This document shows positions 31,363 to 39,984 of a DNA stretch of 64,000 nucleotides, piece by piece. The DNA is from Escherichia phage MN01. Every line of letters starts with the position of its first letter. Positions within the stretch are counted from its first letter, which is position 1. The stretch lies in sequence record MT129652.1. One strand, 5' to 3'. Made by a program: the position numbers and the translations under genes. Under the pieces are notes generated by a model. It was not told where the DNA came from and ran no database searches. It saw only the letters and a list, made by a program, of their open reading frames with translations.

Positions 31363-31702
31363 TCTTGCATCGCATGTTTATCAATTGGCTGAATATAATA
31401 TTGGTGCCAATTTATTATTGGGGATTGTCACCGCCATGCTTGGTGGTTTGGTTGGTCTGGTAATGACCACGGTTATGGCTGCAATTGAGGGAGTCATGCC
31501 TATTGAGATGGGCTTCTTTATGATAATTGCTCCGGCTGTTGTGGCTTATTTTATCCCGGTTGTGTATGATATCTGTCACACAAATGCCGTGAATGCTCCC
31601 AGCCGTAAGAGATATGCTTTGGCAATGGCTGAGTATAATAAGTTCCTAGACAAAACAAAACGTAATGACCTTGAAACCTTTATTAAGGAATGTAAATCAT
31701 GA
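31349..31702 (+). CDS. membrane protein, FIxEC-tail family
   Basis: start at MERPSL after AAGGAGG; multiple transmembrane segments; C-terminal ...LETFIKECKS. Confidence 0.55.
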   Translation: MERPSLASHVYQLAEYNIGANLLLGIVTAMLGGLVGLVMTTVMAAIEGVMPIEMGFFMIIAPAVVAYFIPVVYDICHTNAVNAPSRKRYALAMAEYNKFLDKTKRNDLETFIKECKS

Positions 31703-31989
31703 ATAAAATTGAAATTGAAATCCCTGAATACAACGACGAGAAATCCGCAGAAAAAGCCATCTATGACTTGCTGGGTAAAGTAGACACCATCGAATCCAAA
31801 TGTGAAGAAATTGCCGATAAGTACGGTATCCAATTCGGTACCGGCGATTACGGCACTGGCCGTACATATCATCCAGTTGGTTATGAATGTTCTGAATGGT
31901 TCGCCCACCATATTGAAAACAACGGTGGCCAGGTTGAAAACGGAATCGTTACTGTTGGCGCCTGGGTTTCCTCTTCTGAGGTGTGTTAA
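31699..31989 (+). CDS. small acidic protein, W-x-x-S-S-x-E-C C-terminal family (member 1)
   Basis: 96 aa; ends GAWVSSSEVC; shares EEIADKY with member 2. Confidence 0.55.
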   Translation: MNKIEIEIPEYNDEKSAEKAIYDLLGKVDTIESKCEEIADKYGIQFGTGDYGTGRTYHPVGYECSEWFAHHIENNGGQVENGIVTVGAWVSSSEVC

Positions 31990-31990
31990 T

Positions 31991-32272
31991 ATGATGAATG
32001 ATAACCATAACCAACCAGATCTTCTGGCCGCAGTAAAAGAAATCCATGAAGCCATTCGCCGTGCTGAGGAAATTGCAGACAAATATGAGACTCATTTTAA
32101 TATATACCCTGCTCGCGGTATGGGCGGTGACTATTATTCTCCTGGCGCCTTGAAAGCTGACCTTGCTCATTGGGAAGAAGATGGTCATCCTGAATGGGCC
32201 ATTGTTAATACTCATGACTACACAACCGACCTGGAAAATGGCGGTTGGGTGTCCTCTTCTTCTGAATGTTAA
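31991..32272 (+). CDS. small acidic protein, W-x-x-S-S-x-E-C family (member 2)
   Basis: start at the ATG two nt after the upstream stop; ends GGWVSSSSEC. Confidence 0.55.
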   Translation: MMNDNHNQPDLLAAVKEIHEAIRRAEEIADKYETHFNIYPARGMGGDYYSPGALKADLAHWEEDGHPEWAIVNTHDYTTDLENGGWVSSSSEC

Positions 32273-32280
32273 GGAATTAT

Positions 32281-32478
32281 ATGTCTCGTGAATTAGATTG
32301 TGCAATCCGTACTGCCGCAGCAGCTATTGAAAACGTTATCCAGATTTGCAAAGAAGAACGCGAAGAAGCTGATATCTATATCGATGGTGTTCGTGACCTA
32401 GACCGACATATTACGCTTTATAATGGTTGTATTACTATTAGTGGTACCTCTTGGGTGTCCTCCTCTTACGAATGCTAA
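32281..32478 (+). CDS. small acidic protein, W-x-x-S-S-x-E-C family (member 3)
   Basis: ends TSWVSSSYEC; AAGGAA Shine-Dalgarno. Confidence 0.55.
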   Translation: MSRELDCAIRTAAAAIENVIQICKEEREEADIYIDGVRDLDRHITLYNGCITISGTSWVSSSYEC

Positions 32479-32487
32479 GGAAATAAA

Positions 32488-32706
32488 ATGACTACTAAAA
32501 CTGTTAAAGAAATCGAAGACCAAATCCGTGCACTAATCTGTGAAGGTCTGACTGCGGCGGATGAAACCGGCGAACACTTCCGCGCCGGTGGCGAAGAATA
32601 TATTCCAGCTTCTAGCCCGGAATATGACGATTATGAATGGGTTCGTGATGAATATTGTATTCCAGAAGGTGAAGGTTTCTGGTTTAACTCCTCTATGTCT
32701 TGCTAA
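32488..32706 (+). CDS. small acidic protein, W-x-x-S-S-x-x-C family (member 4)
   Basis: ends GFWFNSSMSC; AAGGAAA Shine-Dalgarno. Confidence 0.5.
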   Translation: MTTKTVKEIEDQIRALICEGLTAADETGEHFRAGGEEYIPASSPEYDDYEWVRDEYCIPEGEGFWFNSSMSC

Positions 32707-32715
32707 GGTGATAAA

Positions 32716-32949
32716 ATGACTACTACTGTTGAACATGCTGAATTAGAAAAAGCTGCCCTTGAACTGGCCGCGCTGTATAAGAAAGTAAAAGATATGGCTT
32801 TTGCTCAAGATTTCGGTGTCGAGCTTGATGATTATGACGGCGAAGTCCGTCTTGAAGACTGGTTGAACAGCTCTTGTTATGGTGAAGAAGCTGGGCGTAC
32901 CTTCGTTGCTCGTGCCGATGGTAAAATCTGGTACCCAAGTTCATGTTAA
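32716..32949 (+). CDS. small acidic protein, W-x-x-S-S-C family (member 5)
   Basis: ends KIWYPSSC and has internal WLNSSCYGEE; AAGGTGA Shine-Dalgarno. Confidence 0.5.
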   Translation: MTTTVEHAELEKAALELAALYKKVKDMAFAQDFGVELDDYDGEVRLEDWLNSSCYGEEAGRTFVARADGKIWYPSSC

Positions 32950-33170
32950 AATTAAAGAAAAGATATATTCGTAAAATAAATGGTCTTCGTGATTACGCCA
33001 AAGGTTGGCCGTTAAGTATTATTATGGCTGATAGACATCCACGTTACAATACCGAGTTGACTTATTACAAAAAGTATGATTCGTATTGTCGGTCTAAAGC
33101 GGGTCGTTTAGATGGTTCCTATGAAGAATATTTCGGTAAAAAACCTACTCGTATTTCGTTAGGAAAATAA
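32943..33170 (+). CDS. small basic protein, hypothetical
   Basis: 75 aa Lys/Arg-rich ORF overlapping the upstream stop. Confidence 0.4.
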   Translation: MLKLKKRYIRKINGLRDYAKGWPLSIIMADRHPRYNTELTYYKKYDSYCRSKAGRLDGSYEEYFGKKPTRISLGK

Positions 33171-33273
33171 TTTAATCACAAGGATGTGATAGGAGGACTT
33201 ATGCGCAGAAATTTAGTGTACAAGCTCAAAGAAACGTAGTATCATTATCTTGTCAACTAATGAGGAAACCATT

Positions 33274-33504
33274 ATGTGGTATTATGCCCCAATGGCTGAT
33301 GAGCCTGTAAAAATTAGCCGTGCTAAGTTTACAAAGATTTACGGTCTCGTTTATAAAAAGTCTGATTACGGTGTGCGTTTTGAAGATGCACACTGTATCA
33401 ACGACCCTTATAATGAAGACCTCTATGGCAAATTGGTTCCTATCGTTAAGGGGTCCGCCTCTGAGATGATAGATGAATCTAATATATCTGCTGCTGAAAT
33501 TTAA
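33274..33504 (+). CDS. hypothetical protein
   Basis: start moved to MWYYAPM after GAGGAAA; promoter cassette upstream. Confidence 0.45.
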   Translation: MWYYAPMADEPVKISRAKFTKIYGLVYKKSDYGVRFEDAHCINDPYNEDLYGKLVPIVKGSASEMIDESNISAAEI

Positions 33505-33523
33505 GTTATCTGAGGAAAATATT

Positions 33524-34483
33524 ATGATGTTAGTTATTGGTTCTCGTGCATTACATAACGCTGGCCTGATTGAAAGTCAGAAAATTGAAAACTCTGATTG
33601 GGACTTCATCGCTGACCAAGGTTCCTGGAACCACTTTAAAGCACGTATGTTCGGTGCTCATGTTCCTGTGGATAACCCTGATGTCCAAGCTTTTAAATGT
33701 ATGTACAATGGCAAAGAAACTTATTTTGAAGCTTATATTGTCCGTGCCCTGACCAACGTACGAGAAATTACTGGTGAGCTTCAAGACGAAGATTTCACCT
33801 CAAGTTATCGTCTCTTGAAATACGCTGAAAATCATATTAAGAAAGACCGTCTTACAGGTTTCTATTGGGCAACTCCTGATATTTGTCTGGCAATTAAACT
33901 GTCTCATCGTTACCTGAAGAACAATCCATTCTTCCTGAAGACCATGAGCCATATTAATTACCTTCGTAATAAGGGTGTTGTTCTTAATGATGAACTGCAG
34001 AAAATCATGCTGCAACGGCAGGCAGAAACACTGTCATACAGCCACCCTAAACTAGACGTGGGCAAGAAAACTTTCTTTAATGATACAATCTATACCCTTG
34101 ACCATGACTCCATCCACGAGGCCGTGGCGCTTGCTGATAAGCCTGCATATAAGTTCTATATGAAGGATGATTCAGAAGTCATGACCTCGCGTGAAAAATT
34201 TGAAGCACTCCCTGATGTTATTAAACTGGCAGGTGTTTATGAAGAAGCATGTGTACTTGCTCTGGAGCGTTCGCAGGTTCCCAATGAGTTTAATATCTCT
34301 CCATCCGTGAGCTTCCATATTGCTCTGGAAAAAGTCTGCACCTCCATTACTTCTGGATGGTTCCGTGAGTATGCCTGGGAACATTACCAGGAAGTGGTTA
34401 ATATGTACAACACCCTGGGTCGCGAAGACTATGTTAAACGTTTCAAGGCTAACCAACATTTAATTCGTCCTTTCACAAAATAA
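33524..34483 (+). CDS. hypothetical protein with GS...DxD motif (possible nucleotidyltransferase fold)
   Basis: start moved to MMLVIGSRAL after GAGGAAAA; N-terminal IGSRAL...SDWDF loosely resembles the pol-beta nucleotidyltransferase signature but with long spacing. Confidence 0.5.
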   Translation: MMLVIGSRALHNAGLIESQKIENSDWDFIADQGSWNHFKARMFGAHVPVDNPDVQAFKCMYNGKETYFEAYIVRALTNVREITGELQDEDFTSSYRLLKYAENHIKKDRLTGFYWATPDICLAIKLSHRYLKNNPFFLKTMSHINYLRNKGVVLNDELQKIMLQRQAETLSYSHPKLDVGKKTFFNDTIYTLDHDSIHEAVALADKPAYKFYMKDDSEVMTSREKFEALPDVIKLAGVYEEACVLALERSQVPNEFNISPSVSFHIALEKVCTSITSGWFREYAWEHYQEVVNMYNTLGREDYVKRFKANQHLIRPFTK

Positions 34484-34542
34484 GTGTGTACATCCAAGTG
34501 GGACTATGACACAATGGTCCCACAATCAATGAGGAAAATATT

Positions 34543-35229
34543 ATGAACGGTCCAAAAACTTTTAATTCTCAAGCTCATGCAGTAGGCAGTTTCGCTGGTA
34601 AAATTTCTAATGATAAAATCAAAAACGAAACTATGTTCTTTAACAGCTCATTGGCTTTCGCTTTTGACAATGGTGGCCCTATTACTCGTAGCTTTATCAT
34701 GAGTCTGCCGGATGATTGGAACACTGACCAGGTTGTATTTGATTCTCGGGTTCATATGCTTATGCCTGGTTGGTATCCTGCTATCCCAGGTTATCACCAT
34801 GATGATGTACCACGCCCGGATATTCCGGTTGGTCAACACTTTATTACTGCAGGGCAACCTGATTATGATAATCCTCGTTACCATTCTGAACATATTCTTG
34901 GTCTTGTTAACGCTGATGTGTGTCCTACTTATTTTGCAACCGGAACTGCGCAATTTAGTCAGATTCCTGAAGGCGAACTTATCTATCGCCAGTGGCATAA
35001 AGAAGTTCTGGAAAAAATTGAGTCCAATGAATTAACCAAGTGGGATGCTCCTGACCGCACGTTGCTCCAGTTTGATTGGCAGACATGGCATACAGGTTCT
35101 CGCGCAGTAAGTAATGGTTGGCGCTGGTTTGGTCGTGTGTCTCGTAATACTGACCGTGTTAAAAAGATTACAAATGAAATCCGCGTCAATGCTCAAGTAT
35201 ATCTGGAATTCCCTATGGAGGGCTGGTAA
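34543..35229 (+). CDS. hypothetical protein
   Basis: 228 aa; GAGGAAAA Shine-Dalgarno; preceded by promoter cassette and stem-loop. Confidence 0.5.
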   Translation: MNGPKTFNSQAHAVGSFAGKISNDKIKNETMFFNSSLAFAFDNGGPITRSFIMSLPDDWNTDQVVFDSRVHMLMPGWYPAIPGYHHDDVPRPDIPVGQHFITAGQPDYDNPRYHSEHILGLVNADVCPTYFATGTAQFSQIPEGELIYRQWHKEVLEKIESNELTKWDAPDRTLLQFDWQTWHTGSRAVSNGWRWFGRVSRNTDRVKKITNEIRVNAQVYLEFPMEGW

Positions 35230-35816
35230 TGGCCCTTTATGAACCCGGCTGCATGGGTGTTGATGTAAACTTCATCCGCCGGGCAGAAAATACAGGTATA
35301 ATTGTATCAAGAGACGAATTTATGATTACCAAAAAATATTGGGCGAACCTTGATGATGGTGATGAAGGAATCAAGGTGGAAAATGTTGATTGGTCGCGAT
35401 GCAATCGTCATGTGAAAGAGCTTTTAATTAAGGAATATAAAATGGGATACATCATTAATGGGCATCAACCAGAACCGCTCAAAGAACAGACACCCGACCC
35501 ATTAATTTCTTATAGCAAGAAATATGGATTTCGTACCTGGAGTGATGAATTTGATAAGTTGATTTGTTCCAGGTTTTATGCCTGGGCTGGAATCTTATTT
35601 TTACCATTCCTGTGGTTTTTCTTGACAGGCAAAAATGAAGCACCCGTAGCTGTAATGGGCGCGTGCTTTTCTACTGCTCTTGCTGGGCTTATTGCATCAT
35701 TTTTATGGACTATGGTTATTGAAGTACCTTTTCGTATTTCTAAAGTTAAAAAGGTATATGACGATATCACTAAGAAAAATACATTGAACTCCTTTATTGA
35801 GGAATGCCGTAAATGA
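35229..35816 (+). CDS. membrane protein, FIxEC-tail family
   Basis: 195 aa; C-terminal transmembrane segments then ...TLNSFIEECRK; ATGA overlap with the next gene. Confidence 0.5.
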   Translation: MALYEPGCMGVDVNFIRRAENTGIIVSRDEFMITKKYWANLDDGDEGIKVENVDWSRCNRHVKELLIKEYKMGYIINGHQPEPLKEQTPDPLISYSKKYGFRTWSDEFDKLICSRFYAWAGILFLPFLWFFLTGKNEAPVAVMGACFSTALAGLIASFLWTMVIEVPFRISKVKKVYDDITKKNTLNSFIEECRK

Positions 35817-36049
35817 GTATTGCAATTTATATTAAATCCGAGTCATGTGATTCTTATCTGTATTCCTATGACACTGGAACACCAGAAGAGAAAATCAAAG
35901 ATGATTTAGAAACTGATTTAGATATGTTCCGCCCGATTTCTGAATACAGAATTCAAACTTCTGATAGTGAATCTCCTTCATTGGAAAACAGACTTGAATT
36001 TTTAATGAGTGATATTTTTAACCAATCATGGAAACGTGACGATGAGTAA
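35813..36049 (+). CDS. small acidic protein, hypothetical
   Basis: 78 aa ORF translationally coupled to the upstream gene. Confidence 0.45.
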   Translation: MSIAIYIKSESCDSYLYSYDTGTPEEKIKDDLETDLDMFRPISEYRIQTSDSESPSLENRLEFLMSDIFNQSWKRDDE

Positions 36050-36500
36050 GAAAAACAAGGTGAAAGAATTATCTGCTGGCATTATTTTCATGACTGAAGA
36101 TAAAGAGTTATTCATGGGTCGTGTGACTGGTTCTCGTAAACCAGGTATGCCTGCACACAAATGGGACATCCCTAAAGGTCATGTTGAAGCTGGTGAATCC
36201 CCGATTGAAGCGGCTATCCGTGAAACCGAAGAAGAAACCGGGTTTACTCAATACGACCCGGCATTCTTAAAGGACCTGGGCGAATTCCGTTATTCAGATA
36301 ACAAAAATCTTCACCTGTTTTTGTACACGGTTCCGGTCGAGCATGAGCAGTTCAGACATAGTAAATGCTCTGCCTATCATACCTTCCCGGATGGTAGTTC
36401 GATTCCAGAGTTCGATGCATTTGCTCTGATTAAACCAAGTCAATGGCAGTATGTGATGGGCAAATCGATGTACAAGGTACTGACTCAAATTTTCGGATAA
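36042..36500 (+). CDS. nudE: Nudix hydrolase (T4 NudE / e.1-like)
   Basis: Nudix box GHVEAGESPIEAAIRETEEETGF; immediately upstream of lysozyme e as in T4. Confidence 0.85.
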   Translation: MSKKNKVKELSAGIIFMTEDKELFMGRVTGSRKPGMPAHKWDIPKGHVEAGESPIEAAIRETEEETGFTQYDPAFLKDLGEFRYSDNKNLHLFLYTVPVEHEQFRHSKCSAYHTFPDGSSIPEFDAFALIKPSQWQYVMGKSMYKVLTQIFG

Positions 36501-36505
36501 TAAAT

Positions 36506-36523
36506 ACCCCTATATAAGGGGGT
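36506..36523 (+). promoter_or_regulatory. hairpin sequestering the gene e Shine-Dalgarno, with late-promoter-like AATAAATA just upstream
   Basis: ACCCCT-atata-AGGGGGT with the AGGGGG Shine-Dalgarno in the 3-prime arm, 4 nt before the e ATG. Confidence 0.5.
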
Positions 36524-36526
36524 ATT

Positions 36527-37018
36527 ATGAATATATTCGAAATGTTACGCATAGATGAAGGTTGTAAGTTGGATTTGTATAAAGATACTGAAGGCTATTG
36601 GACCATTGGTATCGGGCAACTGATAACTAAGAACCCATCAAAAGATGTTGCTCGTGCCGAGCTCGACAAACTCATGGGTCGCGTCTGTAATGGTCGCATA
36701 ACCCAGCACGAAGCTGAAACATTGTTTAACCGTTCGGTCGAAAAAGCTAAAGCCGGAATCTTGAGACACCCTGTCTTAAAACCTGTTTATGATGTGCTAG
36801 ATGAAGTTCGTCGTTGTGCACTCATTAATATGGTATTCCAGATGGGTGTTGCTGGTGTTGCTGGTTTTCCTAAGGGTATGCGACTTCTGAAGTCTAAATC
36901 ATGGGAAGCAGCTGCTAAGGAACTGGCGGACTCAAGATGGTATAAAGTCCAGACTCCGAACCGAGCCAAACGAGTTATAGAAACGTTCCGTACTGGAACT
37001 TTTAGCGCATACAAATAA
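36527..37018 (+). CDS. e: endolysin (T4 lysozyme e)
   Basis: 163 aa; [23 protein letters not shown] nearly identical to the T4 lysozyme N-terminus including catalytic E11/D20 context. Confidence 0.95.
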   Translation: MNIFEMLRIDEGCKLDLYKDTEGYWTIGIGQLITKNPSKDVARAELDKLMGRVCNGRITQHEAETLFNRSVEKAKAGILRHPVLKPVYDVLDEVRRCALINMVFQMGVAGVAGFPKGMRLLKSKSWEAAAKELADSRWYKVQTPNRAKRVIETFRTGTFSAYK

Positions 37019-37026
37019 GGTAAAAT

Positions 37027-37329
37027 ATGAAAACGTATAAAGAATTTATCACCGAAGCGCGCGTAAGTGCAGGTAAATTAGAAGCCGCTGTAAATAAAAA
37101 GGCCCATTCATTTCATGATTTACCAGATAAAGACCGTAAGAAACTTGTAAGCCTTTATATTGACAAAGAGCGTATTCTAGCTCTCCCTGGCGCTAACGAA
37201 GGTAAACAGGCCAAGCCTTTGAATTCTGTCGAAAAGAAAATTGATAACTTTGCTTCTAAGTTCGGCATGTCTATGGATGACCTTCAGCAAGCGGCTATCG
37301 AAGCAGCTAAAGCAATTAAAGGTAAATAA
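37027..37329 (+). CDS. ipII: internal protein II-like (CTS-bearing)
   Basis: 100 aa; [40 protein letters not shown] matches remembered T4 IPII. Confidence 0.75.
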   Translation: MKTYKEFITEARVSAGKLEAAVNKKAHSFHDLPDKDRKKLVSLYIDKERILALPGANEGKQAKPLNSVEKKIDNFASKFGMSMDDLQQAAIEAAKAIKGK

Positions 37330-37360
37330 CAGTTTACTTCCACGATACGTGTGATATAAT

Positions 37361-37384
37361 GTTCTCCTACAAACATAGGAGAAC
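37361..37384 (+). promoter_or_regulatory. early promoter plus 9-bp hairpin sequestering the denV Shine-Dalgarno
   Basis: GTTTAC, 17 nt spacer, TATAAT at about 37333-37360, then GTTCTCCTA-caaaca-TAGGAGAAC hairpin whose 3-prime arm is the AGGAGAA Shine-Dalgarno. Confidence 0.45.
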
Positions 37385-37388
37385 AAAC

Positions 37389-37805
37389 ATGACTCGCATT
37401 AATTTGACCCTGGTATCTGAACTTGCTGACCAACATCTTATGGCCGAATATCGTGAACTTCCTCGCGTGTTTGGCGCTGTTCGTAAGCATGTGCAAAATG
37501 GTAAAAAGGTTTCTGACTTTAAAATCCCATCATCTTTTCTTTTAGGGACTGGTCATGTCACCTTCTTTTATGATAAGCTTTTGTTCCTTAAAAACCGACA
37601 TCAAGAACTTATTGCGGAATGTTTAAAGCGAGGGTTTAACATAAAAGATATTTCTACCCAAGACTTAACTGATATTCCTGATGAATGGAAGAATGATTAT
37701 CAACCATCAATCTGGTCAATTGAAATCAGTCAAGCTAGGCTGAATGAGAAAATTTCTCAAAAGCCCGCTTGGTACAAATACTATGGGAAAGCTGTGTACG
37801 CTTAA
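37389..37805 (+). CDS. denV: endonuclease V, pyrimidine dimer DNA glycosylase (T4 DenV)
   Basis: [34 protein letters not shown] matches T4 DenV; start moved to this Met. Confidence 0.92.
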   Translation: MTRINLTLVSELADQHLMAEYRELPRVFGAVRKHVQNGKKVSDFKIPSSFLLGTGHVTFFYDKLLFLKNRHQELIAECLKRGFNIKDISTQDLTDIPDEWKNDYQPSIWSIEISQARLNEKISQKPAWYKYYGKAVYA

Positions 37806-37853
37806 CTACAAAGGTTGTATAATGATTTTATCAACCAAACAATGGAATATAAA

Positions 37854-38153
37854 ATGAAAACTTATCAAGAATTTATTACTGAAGCCAAAGCTCCTAAAGC
37901 ATTTCAAATTGGGGTTCAGGGTAATTTAGACCAACAATATGTTGATGCTATTGTAGCAAGCCTCGGTAAACAGGGTGTACAAGTGGATTTGGTTGATTTT
38001 ACTAAAGGTAATACTTTTAATATTGTTACATCTAAAGGTTCTTTAGCTAAAGTTAAAAAGGCCTTTGGTGTAGCACAAGCATACGAAATCGACCATTCTG
38101 AATTAGAAAATAAAGGTCGCCAGAACACAATTAAAGGTTCTGGTTCTTTCTAA
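37854..38153 (+). CDS. internal-protein-like protein (CTS-bearing; ipIII position)
   Basis: start moved to MKTYQEFITEAKAPKAFQ. Confidence 0.6.
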   Translation: MKTYQEFITEAKAPKAFQIGVQGNLDQQYVDAIVASLGKQGVQVDLVDFTKGNTFNIVTSKGSLAKVKKAFGVAQAYEIDHSELENKGRQNTIKGSGSF

Positions 38154-38313
38154 TAAAGGCAAGCCGGCCCTCTCCTCATGAACGTCGCGTCCTCTGAGTG
38201 ATGGACCTTTCCCTACCTGTAATAAGGTCGAGCCCAAGTGCGGTAAAGGGTTTACATACGGATACATGGATGAATTATGTGCCAAGGAACGGCCCCACAA
38301 TTAAGAGACAACT

Positions 38314-38841
38314 ATGAAATTTTTAACTCCAATTTATCTAACCTTAATGCACGCCTTCGCTGAACGCGCCATTGAACGCTTAGATTCAGACCAATACGCC
38401 TGGTATGAACCCGCTTCAAGAATGCAAGAGTTTGGTACTCTTAGACTTGATGGTGGAAGACAAACGGGTAAAACAAGTGCCATTGCGCAGTTTGCTGCGG
38501 ATTGGGTTTCTAAGGGTAATGATGTGATTGTTATGTCAAGTTCTTCGCATCGCTCACGAGAAATCTGTGATATAATAAAGCGGGTTTCTAAGGCACAGCC
38601 GCATCTTAATGTTGAACGACCTGGTTTTGTTGTATATGATACTGTTCGTTCATTTTTAGATGAAGATCATTTTCACAAGTATCGTGGACTGTCTGTTACC
38701 CGATTATTGATTATTATTGAAGAGCCTATTCGTCTCCCAGCGATGGATAAGTTCTATGAAGCTTATCAGACAATGATGAATAAATTTATGCGTCAGGGTT
38801 CTAAACCTCTGCCACTGTTCTTTGTGGTAGGAATGCAATGA
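38314..38841 (+). CDS. P-loop NTPase-like protein, hypothetical
   Basis: Walker A-like GGRQTGKTS; hydrophobic beta-strand LLIIIEEP consistent with Walker B. Confidence 0.5.
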   Translation: MKFLTPIYLTLMHAFAERAIERLDSDQYAWYEPASRMQEFGTLRLDGGRQTGKTSAIAQFAADWVSKGNDVIVMSSSSHRSREICDIIKRVSKAQPHLNVERPGFVVYDTVRSFLDEDHFHKYRGLSVTRLLIIIEEPIRLPAMDKFYEAYQTMMNKFMRQGSKPLPLFFVVGMQ

Positions 38842-39137
38842 TGACTGATGAAGAACTTTTTGACAAAATCTACTTTATTCCAAAGGTTAGGTCTGAAGAT
38901 TTCGTAAAGAACTATGAAATCTTTAATAAAGCTAATTTCTTTGAGTATGTGTTTTTGTCTGGGCCTTTTATTGGGTCCAGATTTCGTTGCACTGCTCCGA
39001 GTATTCGCTTGATGAAGTTGGTTCCTTACTTTACTCTGGAATTTATTTCTGGACCGTGTAAGGGTATTATCACTCGTAGCCTCCTGACCTATGACCAGGA
39101 TGTGCGATTAATTAGTGACTGGAAAAAATATGTCTAA
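38838..39137 (+). CDS. hypothetical protein
   Basis: 99 aa ORF, ATGA coupling. Confidence 0.45.
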   Translation: MMTDEELFDKIYFIPKVRSEDFVKNYEIFNKANFFEYVFLSGPFIGSRFRCTAPSIRLMKLVPYFTLEFISGPCKGIITRSLLTYDQDVRLISDWKKYV

Positions 39138-39344
39138 ATTGACTATTGAAGGTTCTGAAGAAGCTCTGAAGATGTTTGTTGACTGGTTCCACGAACAGGG
39201 CGAACAAGGCTTTATGGAATGTTGGGACGGCGGCCAATGGAATGGTAAAGAAATTGTTTACCCAACTACGTATATCTCCGTGCAAGGTTTGACTGAAGGC
39301 CTTCGTTTGGTAGAATACGATATCGCAACTGGCGAGGAAGTGAA

Positions 39345-39348
<4 letters not shown>
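39130..39348 (+). CDS. hypothetical protein
   Basis: start moved to MSKLTIEG. Confidence 0.45.
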
Positions 39349-39928
<580 letters not shown>

Positions 39929-39984
39929 TGTACAAGCAGATTGAAATGAGTTATGATTATCCCATCAAACAAAAGGAGATAATC

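Noticed and set aside
31576-32082. 168-aa minus-strand ORF
   Set aside because: Antisense to the tightly packed plus-strand small-gene array; no promoter or ribosome-binding site; all neighbours are plus-strand.
38103-38300. 65-aa minus-strand ORF in the GC-rich island
   Set aside because: Overlaps the end of the upstream plus-strand gene and has no start context; the region is reported as non-coding instead.
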